Origin: Alphaproteobacteria bacterium | GTDB lineage: Bacteria > Pseudomonadota > Alphaproteobacteria > GCA-2731375 | DNA length: 64,000 nucleotides | NCBI GenBank assembly: GCA_965225945.1 | Contig: CBDDBZ010000033.1 | Coordinates: 224,001 to 288,000, forward strand | Direction: 5' to 3' | Shown: positions 44,373 to 54,061 of the stretch, piece by piece | How positions within the stretch are numbered: position 1 is the first letter of the stretch | How the letters are laid out: each line of letters opens with the position of its first letter | Notes under the pieces: generated by a model | The model's database searches: none | Told to the model about the DNA's origin: nothing | Seen by the model: the letters and a program-made list of their open reading frames with translations, nothing else | Position numbers and translations under genes: made by a program

Positions 44373-46768
44373 CGGACGAGACGGTGACGGCGCGGCCCAA
44401 GGCCGTCGGCGCCCGGGTCCAACGGCTCGAGGATCCCCGCTTTCTCACCGGCCACGGCGCCTTCGTGGACGACCGCCGCCTGCCCGACACGCTGCACGTG
44501 GCGTTCCGTCGGAGCGAGCATGCCCATGCCCGGATCACCGGGATCGATTGCGCCGCCGCCCGGGAGATGGCGGGCGTCGTCGGCGTGTTCGTGGCGGCCG
44601 ATATCGGGGCGCTGACCCGGCCCCTTTGGGCGCTGTCGCGGATGCCGGACTATACCGCGACGAGCTTCGTGGCGCTGGCCGGCGACAAGGTTCGCCATGT
44701 GGGCGAGCCGATCGCCGCCGTCGTCGCCGAAAGCCGCTACATCGCGGAGGACGCGGTGGAATGCATCGATGTCGGCTTCGAAGCCCTGCCCGCCCTCGGC
44801 CATGCCGAGGCGGCGCTCGCCGAGGATGCGTCGCTGCTGCATGACGAGGCCGCCACCAACGTCCTGGCCAGGCGCACGTTCACCCAGGGCGACGTCGATG
44901 GCGCGATGGCCACGGCCCACCTGAAGGTCGCCGGGCGCTTTCGATGTCGCCGCAAGACGCCGGCGGCGCTGGAGAACCGGGCCTATCACGCCGAATTTGA
45001 ACCCGGCCGGCAATTGTTGACGCTCTATTCCTCGACCCAGGTGCCCGGCTTGGTGCGTGATGCGCTGGCCGACATTCTGGACCTGCCGGGCCATCGAATT
45101 CGCGTCGTCGCTCCCGATGTCGGCGGTGGGTTCGGCGGCAAGGCCTCGCTCTACCCGGAAGAGGTCGTCGTCTCGGTCCTCGCGCGCCGGCTCGCCCGCA
45201 CCATCAAGTGGACCGGCGACCGCTTGGAAGACCTGGCGACGACGAGCCAGGCGTTCGACGAAATCGTCGATGCCGAATTGGCGGTCGGCGCCGAGGGTGA
45301 ACTTCTGGCCCTCGAGGCCGACGTCGTCGGCGACGTCGGCGCCTATTCCATCTATCCCTGGACGGCCGCGCTGGAGCCGGTGCAGGTCGCCAGCTTCCTG
45401 CCCGGCCCCTACCGCTTGGCGCATTACCGCGCTTCGGTACGCGCGGTCGCCACCTCGAAGGCGCCGACGGGCCCCTATCGCGGCGTCGGCCGCCCGATCG
45501 CCGCCTTCGTCATGGAACGCCTGATCGACATGGCCGCCCACCGGCTCGGCATCGATTCCGTCGAGATGCGGGCGCGAAACCTCGTGGCCGAGGACGAGTT
45601 TCCCTACAAGACCGGCTCGGGCCTGGTCTGGGATCGTTCCGGCTTCCGGGAATGCCTCGAGGCGGCTTGCGAAAGAAGCGACTATGCTGGCCTCCGCGCG
45701 CGCCAAGCCGAGGCCCGCGCGGCCGGCCGCTGGTTCGGCATCGGCATCGCGTCCTATGCCGAGTTGACCGGCATCGGCTCGCGGATTTCGGCGGCACCAG
45801 GCATGGTGATCAACACCGGCACCGAGACCGCCACCATACGGATGGACGCCACCGGCGCCATCAGCGCCGCCTTCGGCATCGCCTCTCACGGTCAAGGACT
45901 GGAGACGACGCTCGCCCAGATCGTTGCCGACGAGCTCGGCGCGGCGATCGACGAGATCGACATCGTCCAGGGCGACAGCGCCGCCGTCGCCCACGGCACG
46001 GGCACCTATGCCAGTCGTAGCGCGGTGCTGGCGGGCGGCGCGGCCACGCTCTCGGCCCGAGCCCTGCGCGAGAACATCGTCCAGGTGGCCGCGCAGCTCT
46101 TCGAGGCCGCGCCCGCCGACATCGAGATCGCGAATGGCATCGTTTCCGTCGCCGGCACCGACAGGCGAATGGGTTTTCGCGACCTGGCCCGAGCGTTCTA
46201 TTCCGAGATGGGCCGCCTGCCTAGGCAAGTCCGCGAGACCCTGGAGCTGGAAGTGACGCGGGTCTACGACCCCTTCCTCGGCACCACCACGTCGGCGACA
46301 CACATCGCGGTGGTCGACATCGACCCCCTGACCTACGCCGTCGACATTCTGAAATACGTCGTCGCGGAGGACTGTGGGCGGGTGATCAATCCGGCGATCG
46401 TCGAGGGACAGGTCCACGGCGGCGTCGCCCAGGGAATCGGCGCCGCCCTCTTCGAGGAGGTCTGTTACGACGAGAACGGACAACACCTGACAGGCAGCTT
46501 CGTCGACTATGTCGTGCCGTCGGCGGCGGAAATCCCAGCGATGGACGTCGTCCATATCGAGACCGAGCTTCCCGCCACGCTCGGCGGCTTTCGCGGCATG
46601 GGCGAAGGCGGCACGATCGGGGCTGTGGGCGCGATCGCCAACGCGGTGTCCGACGCGCTCCGGCCCCTCGGCATCGAGATCATGGAACTCCCGGTGACGC
46701 CCGAACGGCTGTTTCGACTTGTCCGGGACGCGAAGGCGCGGCAACGGGGAGACGAGGAGGCGAGATGA
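44369..46768 (+). CDS. Molybdenum hydroxylase large subunit (CoxL/XdhA family, not form I CO dehydrogenase)
   Basis: GGGFGGK, HGQG, EGQVHGG, GMGE; active-site loop PYRGVGR rather than AYRCSFR. Confidence 0.92.
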   Translation: MTDETVTARPKAVGARVQRLEDPRFLTGHGAFVDDRRLPDTLHVAFRRSEHAHARITGIDCAAAREMAGVVGVFVAADIGALTRPLWALSRMPDYTATSFVALAGDKVRHVGEPIAAVVAESRYIAEDAVECIDVGFEALPALGHAEAALAEDASLLHDEAATNVLARRTFTQGDVDGAMATAHLKVAGRFRCRRKTPAALENRAYHAEFEPGRQLLTLYSSTQVPGLVRDALADILDLPGHRIRVVAPDVGGGFGGKASLYPEEVVVSVLARRLARTIKWTGDRLEDLATTSQAFDEIVDAELAVGAEGELLALEADVVGDVGAYSIYPWTAALEPVQVASFLPGPYRLAHYRASVRAVATSKAPTGPYRGVGRPIAAFVMERLIDMAAHRLGIDSVEMRARNLVAEDEFPYKTGSGLVWDRSGFRECLEAACERSDYAGLRARQAEARAAGRWFGIGIASYAELTGIGSRISAAPGMVINTGTETATIRMDATGAISAAFGIASHGQGLETTLAQIVADELGAAIDEIDIVQGDSAAVAHGTGTYASRSAVLAGGAATLSARALRENIVQVAAQLFEAAPADIEIANGIVSVAGTDRRMGFRDLARAFYSEMGRLPRQVRETLELEVTRVYDPFLGTTTSATHIAVVDIDPLTYAVDILKYVVAEDCGRVINPAIVEGQVHGGVAQGIGAALFEEVCYDENGQHLTGSFVDYVVPSAAEIPAMDVVHIETELPATLGGFRGMGEGGTIGAVGAIANAVSDALRPLGIEIMELPVTPERLFRLVRDAKARQRGDEEAR

Positions 46769-47523
46769 ATTTGGGGATCGAAGGCAAGGTCGCTCTGGTC
46801 ACCGGGGCCGCGCGCGATATCGGACGCGAGATCGCCCGTGCGCTCGCCGCCGAGGGCGCGAAACTGGCGATCAACTACAACAGCTCGGGCCGGGCGGCGG
46901 CCGCGCTGGTCGAGGAGATTACCTCCCAGGGTGGCACGGCCCGGGCCTACCAGGGCGACGTCGGCGACTATCGGGCGGTCGAAGCCATGGCGGGCAAAAT
47001 CGAGACGGATCTCGGTGCCATCCACATTCTGGTCAACAACGCCGGATGGGTGGAACCCAAGACCTTCCTCGAGTCGACGCCCGAGGAATGGAAGCGCCAG
47101 ATCGACGTCGGGCTCTATGGCGTGATTCATTGCTGCCACGCCGTCGGGCGGCGGATGATCGCCAACGAGGGCGGACGCATCATCAACATCGCCGGGGATT
47201 CGGCCCGGGTCGGCGAACGGCGCCTGGCGGTGACCGCGTCGTCGCGGGGTGGTGTCCTCTCACTCACCAAGTCGCTCGCGCGCGAGTTCGGCGGCGCCGC
47301 CATCACGGTCAACGCCATCGCCTTCGGCCTGATCGAAACTTCGCACAGCGATAAGGTTTGGCTCGACGAGCACCGCGATCGGATCGTGCGCCACTATCCC
47401 CTGGGGCGGATCGGCACGCCCGAAGACGTGGCGCCGATGGTCGCCTTCATGGCCTCGGCCGGCGCCGGCTGGATCACCGGCCAGGTCATGAGCATCAACG
47501 GCGGCTATAGCATGGTTGGGTGA
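46765..47523 (+). CDS. Short-chain dehydrogenase/reductase (atypical catalytic motif)
   Basis: TGAARDIG, NNAG; TASSR in place of YxxxK. Confidence 0.85.
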   Translation: MNLGIEGKVALVTGAARDIGREIARALAAEGAKLAINYNSSGRAAAALVEEITSQGGTARAYQGDVGDYRAVEAMAGKIETDLGAIHILVNNAGWVEPKTFLESTPEEWKRQIDVGLYGVIHCCHAVGRRMIANEGGRIINIAGDSARVGERRLAVTASSRGGVLSLTKSLAREFGGAAITVNAIAFGLIETSHSDKVWLDEHRDRIVRHYPLGRIGTPEDVAPMVAFMASAGAGWITGQVMSINGGYSMVG

Positions 47524-47713
47524 ACGCGCCGTCCCGACAAAGCCGCGCGGCCGGACTGCCCGACGGCGGCAAACATAGCGCCTCGGAAGACCCGGCCACC
47601 AAGTGGCCGCGATCGTCGGAATGCGCGGGCAAGCCACGGCGACCGCCGCGAGGCGTTGACCGGTGGAATGCGGGCCACGTATCGTTGGCCCGCGCGAGGT
47701 CAGATGCGGGGCG

Positions 47714-49048
47714 CTATCGTTCCTCAAAACCTATTCTGCAGCGGGGGGGGGGGGGGGGGGGTCCGAGACGAACGACCCGGGCGACAGTGTCGGTCGTTGG
47801 ACCCGGCGGAAAGATTGCAACGGTCGCATCGGCCGATATGCAGGCGGAATGCTGGCGCTGTGTTCTTTTTCTCAACGGTGTCGGCGCAGCGGAAACGGGC
47901 CGCTCGCTTCTTGCAGCACCTCCTGGGACAGTGCCGTTGTCGGTCCTTAGGCCGCGAGGCGCTCGTACCGGTGATGAAGTCCTCCAACTCGAGGAAACGC
48001 AACCACCTTTCCGCCGTCGGCCGACTGGACGGGCCGTCCGTCGGGCGTATCCTTCCCGAGCGCCAAGTGCGTGCGAGACCCGTGGTAGTAGGCGAGGTAG
48101 GAACAAAGAATCTGTCGGAGATGGCGCTCGTTGAGAACAATGACGTGGTCCAGACAATCTCGCCTGATCGAGCCGATTGCCCTTTCGACGAACGGATTTT
48201 GCCATGGGCTTCGCGGCGCCGTCACAACCTCCTCGATGCCCATCGCCTTCAACCGCTCCCGAAACTCCTGACCGTACGCCCCGTCCCGATCACGCATGAT
48301 ATACCGTGGTGCCGTGTCCCACGGAAAAACCTCGCGGATCTGCTGCGCCACCCACGCCGTGGTCGGGTGTGCTGTAACACCGACGTGCTCGATGCGCCGC
48401 CGTTCGTGGCGTAGCACGATGAAGACGAACAGAACGGCGAACGTGGCCGTCGGCACCACAAAGAAATCGGCCGAGACGAGGCAGCCGACGTGGTTGTCGA
48501 GGAACGTCCGCCACGTCTGCGACGGTGGCTTCCGATGCCGCACCATGTACCTCGATACCGTCGCCTCCGATGCCTCGATTCCCAGCTTCATGAGTTCGCC
48601 GTGGATGCGAGGAGCGCCCCACAAGGGGTTCTCCCGACACATTCGACGGATGAGTTCGCGGACATCCTTGGGCACCGGAGGCCGTCCTGGTTTGCCGCGC
48701 CTGGATTTCCAGGTCCAGAATGCACGAAATCCCCTGCGGTGCCAGCCGATGACGGTTTCCGGCCTTACGATCACCAGCACCTCGCGCCAGCGCGGCCAAA
48801 GGCGGGAAAGGATGACCCAGAACAAGCGGTCGAGCGTCTGGAGCCGCGGCCGTCGCCTTTCCCGCTTCAGGATTGCCACCTGCTGGCGGAGGGCGAGGTT
48901 TTGCAGGTGTAGCGACGCGCGGCTGAGGAAGCTCTCGCGCAGCGTGGTGGAGAGAATCATGATGGTCGCTTGCATGCCGACGACGGTAGTCGGCAGTGGC
49001 CGGAAACGCTATGATTTCTGCGGCAGATGGGGTTTTGACGAGCCACAG
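47714..49048 (-). mobile_element. IS element with an rve integrase-core transposase (IS481/IS3-like; ORF 47947-48975)
   Basis: WGAPRIHGEL, ADFF, RDRD, SPWQNPFVER; imperfect TIRs CTATCGTTCCTCAAAACC / CTGTGGCTCGTCAAAACC (21/29 identical). Confidence 0.85.
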
Positions 49049-49190
49049 CCAAATCCGCGGATATACCCGCTGTGATTCGTCTCTCCCGTCCAGGACAGGA
49101 TGCTTCCAGCCGCACAACCTCCGGTAATTTCAAGCAAATCAGCGACAGCCGGGTGAACCTGTTTTACTATATGAATCAATGACTTAGAAT

Positions 49191-49264
49191 TGGCTGGGGG
49201 AGAAGGATTCGAACCTTCACTGGCGGAGTCAGAGTCCGCTGTCCTACCATTAGACGATCCCCCA
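49191..49264 (-). tRNA. tRNA-Gln(CTG)
   Basis: TGGGGGATCGTCTAATGGTAGGAC...CTCTGAC...GGTTCGAATCC...CCA. Confidence 0.96.
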
Positions 49265-49486
49265 TATCCGGGTGGCCAAGGCAGCGAAGCGCCCGCGTCA
49301 TGATTTAGGTTTCACCGCCGCCGTTGTCAATCGGCCTCGCCACGCCCGCCGCCCCCGCCTCTCGCGCTGTCGCCGGGAGCGGGCGCGGCTCGCCATCCTC
49401 CGCCCTCGGCTGGACGGAGCCGACGGGCGATGTCATATTCCGGCCGGCGTCGAGGCGGGCGCGCGACACGGGGAAGAGTGAAATCG

Positions 49487-49837
49487 ATGAGCGCCACCAT
49501 CGGCACGAGGCTGATGACCTGGTGGAAGGGCGAGCGAGTCGGCGAGGACAACTTCGGCAACGCCTATTACCGCGAGAAGGACGGCGGCAAGCGGCGCTGG
49601 GTGATCTTCGCCGGCCGGCCCGAAGCCTCGAAGGTGCCGCCCGAATGGCACGCTTGGCTGCACCGCACCGTCGAGGAAGCCCCGAGCGAGAGCGCGCCCC
49701 CTCGCCACGATTGGGAGAAGGCGCACCTCCCCAACTTCACCGGCACCGATCACGCCTACCACCCGCTGGGAAGCCTCATCGGCGGCGGCGTACGGGCGCC
49801 CGCGACCGGGGACTACGAGCCCTGGCGGCCGAACTGA
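49487..49837 (+). CDS. NADH:ubiquinone oxidoreductase subunit NDUFA12-like
   Basis: VGED.FGN.YY, RRWV, VPPEWHAWLH, PNFTGT. Confidence 0.93.
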   Translation: MSATIGTRLMTWWKGERVGEDNFGNAYYREKDGGKRRWVIFAGRPEASKVPPEWHAWLHRTVEEAPSESAPPRHDWEKAHLPNFTGTDHAYHPLGSLIGGGVRAPATGDYEPWRPN

Positions 49838-49865
49838 CGCGCGGCTCTGATTGCGCCGGCCCGCC

Positions 49866-50282
49866 ATGGTCCCGCCTCTCGCCCTTCTTTCGCTGCTTCT
49901 GGGGGCCTTCGTCGCCCTCGAGGCGAGCGCCCAGACGACCTCCGCCTCGATCCGGGGCGACATCGTCGTCGTGCGCGGCCTCGACCGGATCACCGCCCGG
50001 GTCACCGACATGGAGATCGCCCTCGGCGAGGCCCGGAGCTTCGGCCGCCTGGTGATCACCGCCCGGGTCTGCTATTCGCGCCCGCCCGAGGAGCCGCCGG
50101 AGACCTCCGCCTTCCTCGAGATCAAGGAGTTTCGCCACGGCGAAACTCAGTCGACGCCGCTCTTTACCGGCTGGATGTTCGCCTCCAGCCCGGCCCTCTC
50201 GGCGCTGGAGCACGCCGTCTACGACGTCTGGGTGATCGCCTGCAAAACGGCCGCGCCCGAGGCGCCCTCGGCCAAGCAGTAG
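49866..50282 (+). CDS. DUF2155 family protein
   Basis: LDRITAR, FTGWMFASSPALSALEHAVYDVWV. Confidence 0.88.
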   Translation: MVPPLALLSLLLGAFVALEASAQTTSASIRGDIVVVRGLDRITARVTDMEIALGEARSFGRLVITARVCYSRPPEEPPETSAFLEIKEFRHGETQSTPLFTGWMFASSPALSALEHAVYDVWVIACKTAAPEAPSAKQ

Positions 50283-50869
50283 AAGTCGCCTCGGGCGTCG
50301 AGCGCGCTCGCCAGCAGTTGGTGATAGCGCTCGCGGGCGATTTCGACGGCGCCGAACTGGGCCAGATGCGTGGTGGTGAACTGCGCGTCGAGCAGGAGGT
50401 AGCCGCCGGCGAGCAGACGGGCCACCAGATGCACCAGGCCCACCTTGCTGGCATCGCGTTCATGGCTGAACATGCTCTCGCCGAAGAAGGCGGCGCCCAG
50501 CGCCACGCCATAGAGCCCGCCGACCAGCCGGCCCTCGCGCCAGACCTCGAGGCTGTGGACGAAGCCTTGGGCGTGGAGATCGCCGTAGAGATCGACGATC
50601 CGCTGGTTGATCCAGGTCCCCTTGGTGTCCCGTCGCGCGGCGGCGCAGGCCCTGATCACGCCCTCGAAGCGGCGGTCGACGGAAACCTCGAAGCGCTCGG
50701 CGCGAACGGTGCGGGCGAGCCGCCGCGGCACGTGGAATTGCCTCGGCGGAATGATGCAGCGATGCTCGGGGTCGACCCAGAAGAGCGCGTCGTCCCGCCC
50801 ATCCTCGGCCATCGGAAAGACTCCGGCGGCATAAGCGCGCAGCACCAGATCGGGCGTGATCTCGACCAT
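50219..50869 (-). CDS. aat: Leucyl/phenylalanyl-tRNA--protein transferase
   Basis: AY..GVFPM, TWI, HSLEVW, GGLYG, FFGESMFS, DASK. Confidence 0.95.
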   Translation of the reverse strand: MVEITPDLVLRAYAAGVFPMAEDGRDDALFWVDPEHRCIIPPRQFHVPRRLARTVRAERFEVSVDRRFEGVIRACAAARRDTKGTWINQRIVDLYGDLHAQGFVHSLEVWREGRLVGGLYGVALGAAFFGESMFSHERDASKVGLVHLVARLLAGGYLLLDAQFTTTHLAQFGAVEIARERYHQLLASALDARGDFYCLAEGASGAAVLQAITQTS

Positions 50870-51028
50870 CGGCCGGGCGGTCTCCCTCGCGTTACGCAGG
50901 CTGGGCCCACCGATCATGAACCGGCCGGCCCAGCCTGTGCAACGTGCCCCGCTTTCACCATCCTCGGCTCGCCTCGGTCACCTGCGAGAGCCTTTCCTAC
51001 AGCTCATCGTGTTCGCTAGACTTCCGCC

Positions 51029-51150
51029 ATGTTCGAGGGCACTCAGCGCAAACTGGCGGCGATCTCGGCTGGCGACGTCGTCGGTTACGGCCGCCTTAGG
51101 GGCGATGGCGAAGAGGGAACCCTGGCGCGCCCGAAGGCCCACCGGCACCG
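51029..51150 (+). pseudogene. Adenylate/guanylate cyclase N-terminal remnant
   Basis: QRKLAAISAGDVVGYGRL...EEGTLAR.KAHR, a decayed form of the RRLAAILAADVVGYSRLM motif. Confidence 0.6.
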
Positions 51151-51255
51151 ATGGCGGTCCATGTCATGTCTCGGCCGACCCGGCAGAGCCGAAACCGGCG
51201 TCAACTCATCTCATCGGCGGTGGATCCGCCATCGAAGACGGCTCGATGGTGGACG

Positions 51256-52074
51256 ATGAGAAGTCTCGAAGAACAGGCGCAAATTGAACGCTTTGCGAAG
51301 ACCTATCTCTGTGCCCAAACACCAACCATGCGGGCGATCGAACGCAGCGTTTGCGGTTGCGACTACGGCGGAACGAGCTGGACTACGCGTGAACAATGCG
51401 AGCAAATCAGTGCGCTCTTGGAACTACGCCCGGGAATGCGGCTGCTGGATGTAGGTGCAGGCTCCGGTTGGCCGGCGCTGTACATGACCGGGTCGAGCGG
51501 TTGCGACATCGTGCTCGTCGATCTTCCCTTGGCGGGACTTAAGATCGCCGCCGAGCGCGCGGTTTTGGATGGCATAATCAGCCGTTGCCGGGTCGCTGTC
51601 GCCGACGGCGCGAACCTGCCGTTTCCCGACGAGTGCTTCGATGCCGTCAGCCACAGCGACCTGCTCTGCTGCCTCGGGCCCAAGCGCGCGGTTCTCGGGG
51701 CCTGTCGGCGGGTGATCCGCCGAGGCGGCCGCATGGTTTTCTCGGTGCTCTCCGTCGCGCCGGGGCTTTCGCCGGCAGATTATTCGCGTGCCGTCGAGAA
51801 CGGGCCGGAATTCATCGAATCGGAGGCCGATTATTCGACGCTGCTCACCGAGACGGGTTGGGGACGTGTCGAGCGTTTCGACCTGACGACGGACTATGCC
51901 GCCTCATGTCGCCGTCAGCTTGAAGCCGATGAAGAGCACGAGGAGGCATTGCAGACGCTCATTGGCGCCTCCGAGTTTGGGGAGCGCAATGTCGGGTGGC
52001 GATCAAAACTCACGGCCATCGGCGACGGGCTCCTACGACGCGAGCTCTTCGTCGCAACAAGCAGCTCGACATAG
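51256..52074 (+). CDS. Class I SAM-dependent methyltransferase
   Basis: LLDVGAGSG, ADG..LPF.D..FD. Confidence 0.85.
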   Translation: MRSLEEQAQIERFAKTYLCAQTPTMRAIERSVCGCDYGGTSWTTREQCEQISALLELRPGMRLLDVGAGSGWPALYMTGSSGCDIVLVDLPLAGLKIAAERAVLDGIISRCRVAVADGANLPFPDECFDAVSHSDLLCCLGPKRAVLGACRRVIRRGGRMVFSVLSVAPGLSPADYSRAVENGPEFIESEADYSTLLTETGWGRVERFDLTTDYAASCRRQLEADEEHEEALQTLIGASEFGERNVGWRSKLTAIGDGLLRRELFVATSSST

Positions 52075-52286
52075 GCTCGATTGCCGAAATTTCCGGACGA
52101 CCGCCACTAGCGCGCGAACGGCCCATTGTCCGGGCGGATCCCCCCTGACCATTAGGGCTTTCTAATGGAAGGCCCGTTGCTGAGGGGACTCCTGACGTCG
52201 ATTCGGCAAAACCCGGCGTTCGGCCATCAATATCGTCTATCGGGGGTAGACTTCCCGTCGGGCGAGGGAGGCCGATTCGGTGATTC

Positions 52287-52428
52287 CTAGAGCAATATTC
52301 GAACGGATGGAATCGGCGCGGTTCCCTCCGTTCGGATAGATTTGCTCTATTCTTCAATAAGATAGCGCAGCTTTATCCGCCAGTTGGATCGCCGGAAGCG
52401 ATTTCCTTTCGGACGGATGCGGCTCTAG
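52287..52428. repeat. MITE-like intergenic palindromic element with CTAGAGC ends
   Basis: CTAGAGC...GCTCTAG termini, internal stem-loops, AT-rich centre. Confidence 0.6.
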
Positions 52429-52542
52429 CCAGAACCGGTCATGGCGATGCCATTCCAATGGCATGGATTGTCCGGTCCTTGGTCGTTAGTCTTCTGGGCG
52501 AGGATGAGACGGGGCGTTTAGCTGGAGTTGGGGGAATGCGAA

Positions 52543-53013
52543 ATGGCAAATAAGGACCAATTCGAAAAATTCAGAAAGATGCTGTGGCCGAAGATCGAGG
52601 ATGCTTCCACGGCCATGGAGGCCTCGAAACTTGCGCAGTGGGTCGGAGTTCTGATTGCCATCGGATATGGGCTTGCTCTGGTTCTTGCGATATCAACCGA
52701 TCAATATCCCGATGGAACACCAGCTGAAGACGAAGCGGAACTGTATGGGATGGCTTTCTTTTCCGTCGTGCTGCTATTGCTCGCCTTGTTGTTCTGGTTT
52801 CTGGCCCGACAGGGCAAGGGCTGGGCTGTCTTGATCTTATCCGTATGGGGCCTGATCGAGGCGGTCGTTAAGCTGGTCACATTGCCCGGTCAGGGTGTCA
52901 TCCTGACGATATTGATAATCCTGTTTTGCATCAGTGGGATTCGGGGCTGGTTTGGCGTCCGCAAATTCGGCCAACCAGGCGTGCCGCCAGACGAGACGGC
53001 TGTCTCCGAATAG
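52543..53013 (+). CDS. Hypothetical membrane protein (about 4 TM), lower GC
   Basis: Open frame with hydrophobic segments; GGGGA upstream. Confidence 0.65.
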   Translation: MANKDQFEKFRKMLWPKIEDASTAMEASKLAQWVGVLIAIGYGLALVLAISTDQYPDGTPAEDEAELYGMAFFSVVLLLLALLFWFLARQGKGWAVLILSVWGLIEAVVKLVTLPGQGVILTILIILFCISGIRGWFGVRKFGQPGVPPDETAVSE

Positions 53014-53122
53014 GAGTGTCACCCTCGCCGCGTCTGCCCAGATGACGGATTGCGCGTCCGTCCCCTTCCGAGCGAGTTAGCCTACAGTCGTGCCTCGGCA
53101 TCGCAGCCGACGGGAGGGCCGG

Positions 53123-53968
53123 ATGAAGCGTCTGGTCATGATCGGCCTTGCCGTCTTGCTTCTCGCCGGCCTGGCGCTGGCCGGCCATGCCACCTTGATC
53201 GAGCCGGACCGGCTGGTGACGCGACGCCTCGGCCTCGCCTCGCCCCACTGGCCGGCCGGGCGAGCCCCGCTCCGCATCGTGGCGATCTCCGACCTCCACG
53301 CGGGCGCCCCCCATATCGACGCCGGGAAGATCGCCGAGATCGTGCGACGGGTAAACGCGGAAGCTCCAGACCTGATCCTGCTGCTGGGGGATTTCGTCAT
53401 CCATGGCGTCATCGGCGGAAGCTTCATGGCGCCGGAGACGCTAGCCGCGCTGTTGGCGCCGCTCAGGGCGCGCTATGGGGTGGTCGCGGTGTTGGGCAAT
53501 CACGACTGGTGGCTCGACGGCGAACGGGTCCGAGCAGCGCTCGAGGCCCAAGGCATCACCGTCCTGGAAAACGCCGCCGTGGCGCTCGGCGAAGGCGAGG
53601 AGCGCTTCCACGTCGCCGGTCTCGCCGACGATTCGAGCCGGACACCGGACGGCCGGGCCGCGCTCGAGGAGGTGCCGGAGGAAGCGCCGGTCATCATGGC
53701 GATGCACAATCCGGCGGCGATCGAAGTTGTGCCGCGCCGGGTCGCCCTCTCGCTGGCCGGCCACACCCATGGCGGACAGATCTATCTGCCGTGGCTGTTT
53801 GATCCGGTGGTGCCCGGGCGGGCCGGACCCGACCTCGCCCATGGCCTGATCCGCCGCGACGGCAAGCCGATCTACGTCACGGGCGGGATCGGCACCTCGA
53901 TTCTGCCGGTGCGGCTCAACATGCCGCCCGAAATCACCGTGCTGACCCTGAGCCACGGGCTCGAATGA
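53123..53968 (+). CDS. Metallophosphoesterase (YkuE-like)
   Basis: SDLH, GD, GNHD, HNP, GHTHGGQ. Confidence 0.92.
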   Translation: MKRLVMIGLAVLLLAGLALAGHATLIEPDRLVTRRLGLASPHWPAGRAPLRIVAISDLHAGAPHIDAGKIAEIVRRVNAEAPDLILLLGDFVIHGVIGGSFMAPETLAALLAPLRARYGVVAVLGNHDWWLDGERVRAALEAQGITVLENAAVALGEGEERFHVAGLADDSSRTPDGRAALEEVPEEAPVIMAMHNPAAIEVVPRRVALSLAGHTHGGQIYLPWLFDPVVPGRAGPDLAHGLIRRDGKPIYVTGGIGTSILPVRLNMPPEITVLTLSHGLE

Positions 53969-54061
53969 CGCCGCCTCGCGGCGTTGTTCGCGGCCGAGCT
54001 ATCCTATAGAGACGCGGAGCTAGAGACGCGGAGCGCGGGAACGGCCGGGGGAGAAGGCGAG

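Noticed and set aside
44369-46768. Aerobic CO dehydrogenase (coxL)
   Set aside because: Active-site loop is PYRGVGR, not AYRCSFR, and cox accessory genes are absent.
49050-49264. Intact prophage or ICE at tRNA-Gln
   Set aside because: No integrase, phage or conjugation genes, and no duplicated tRNA 3' end was found by eye.
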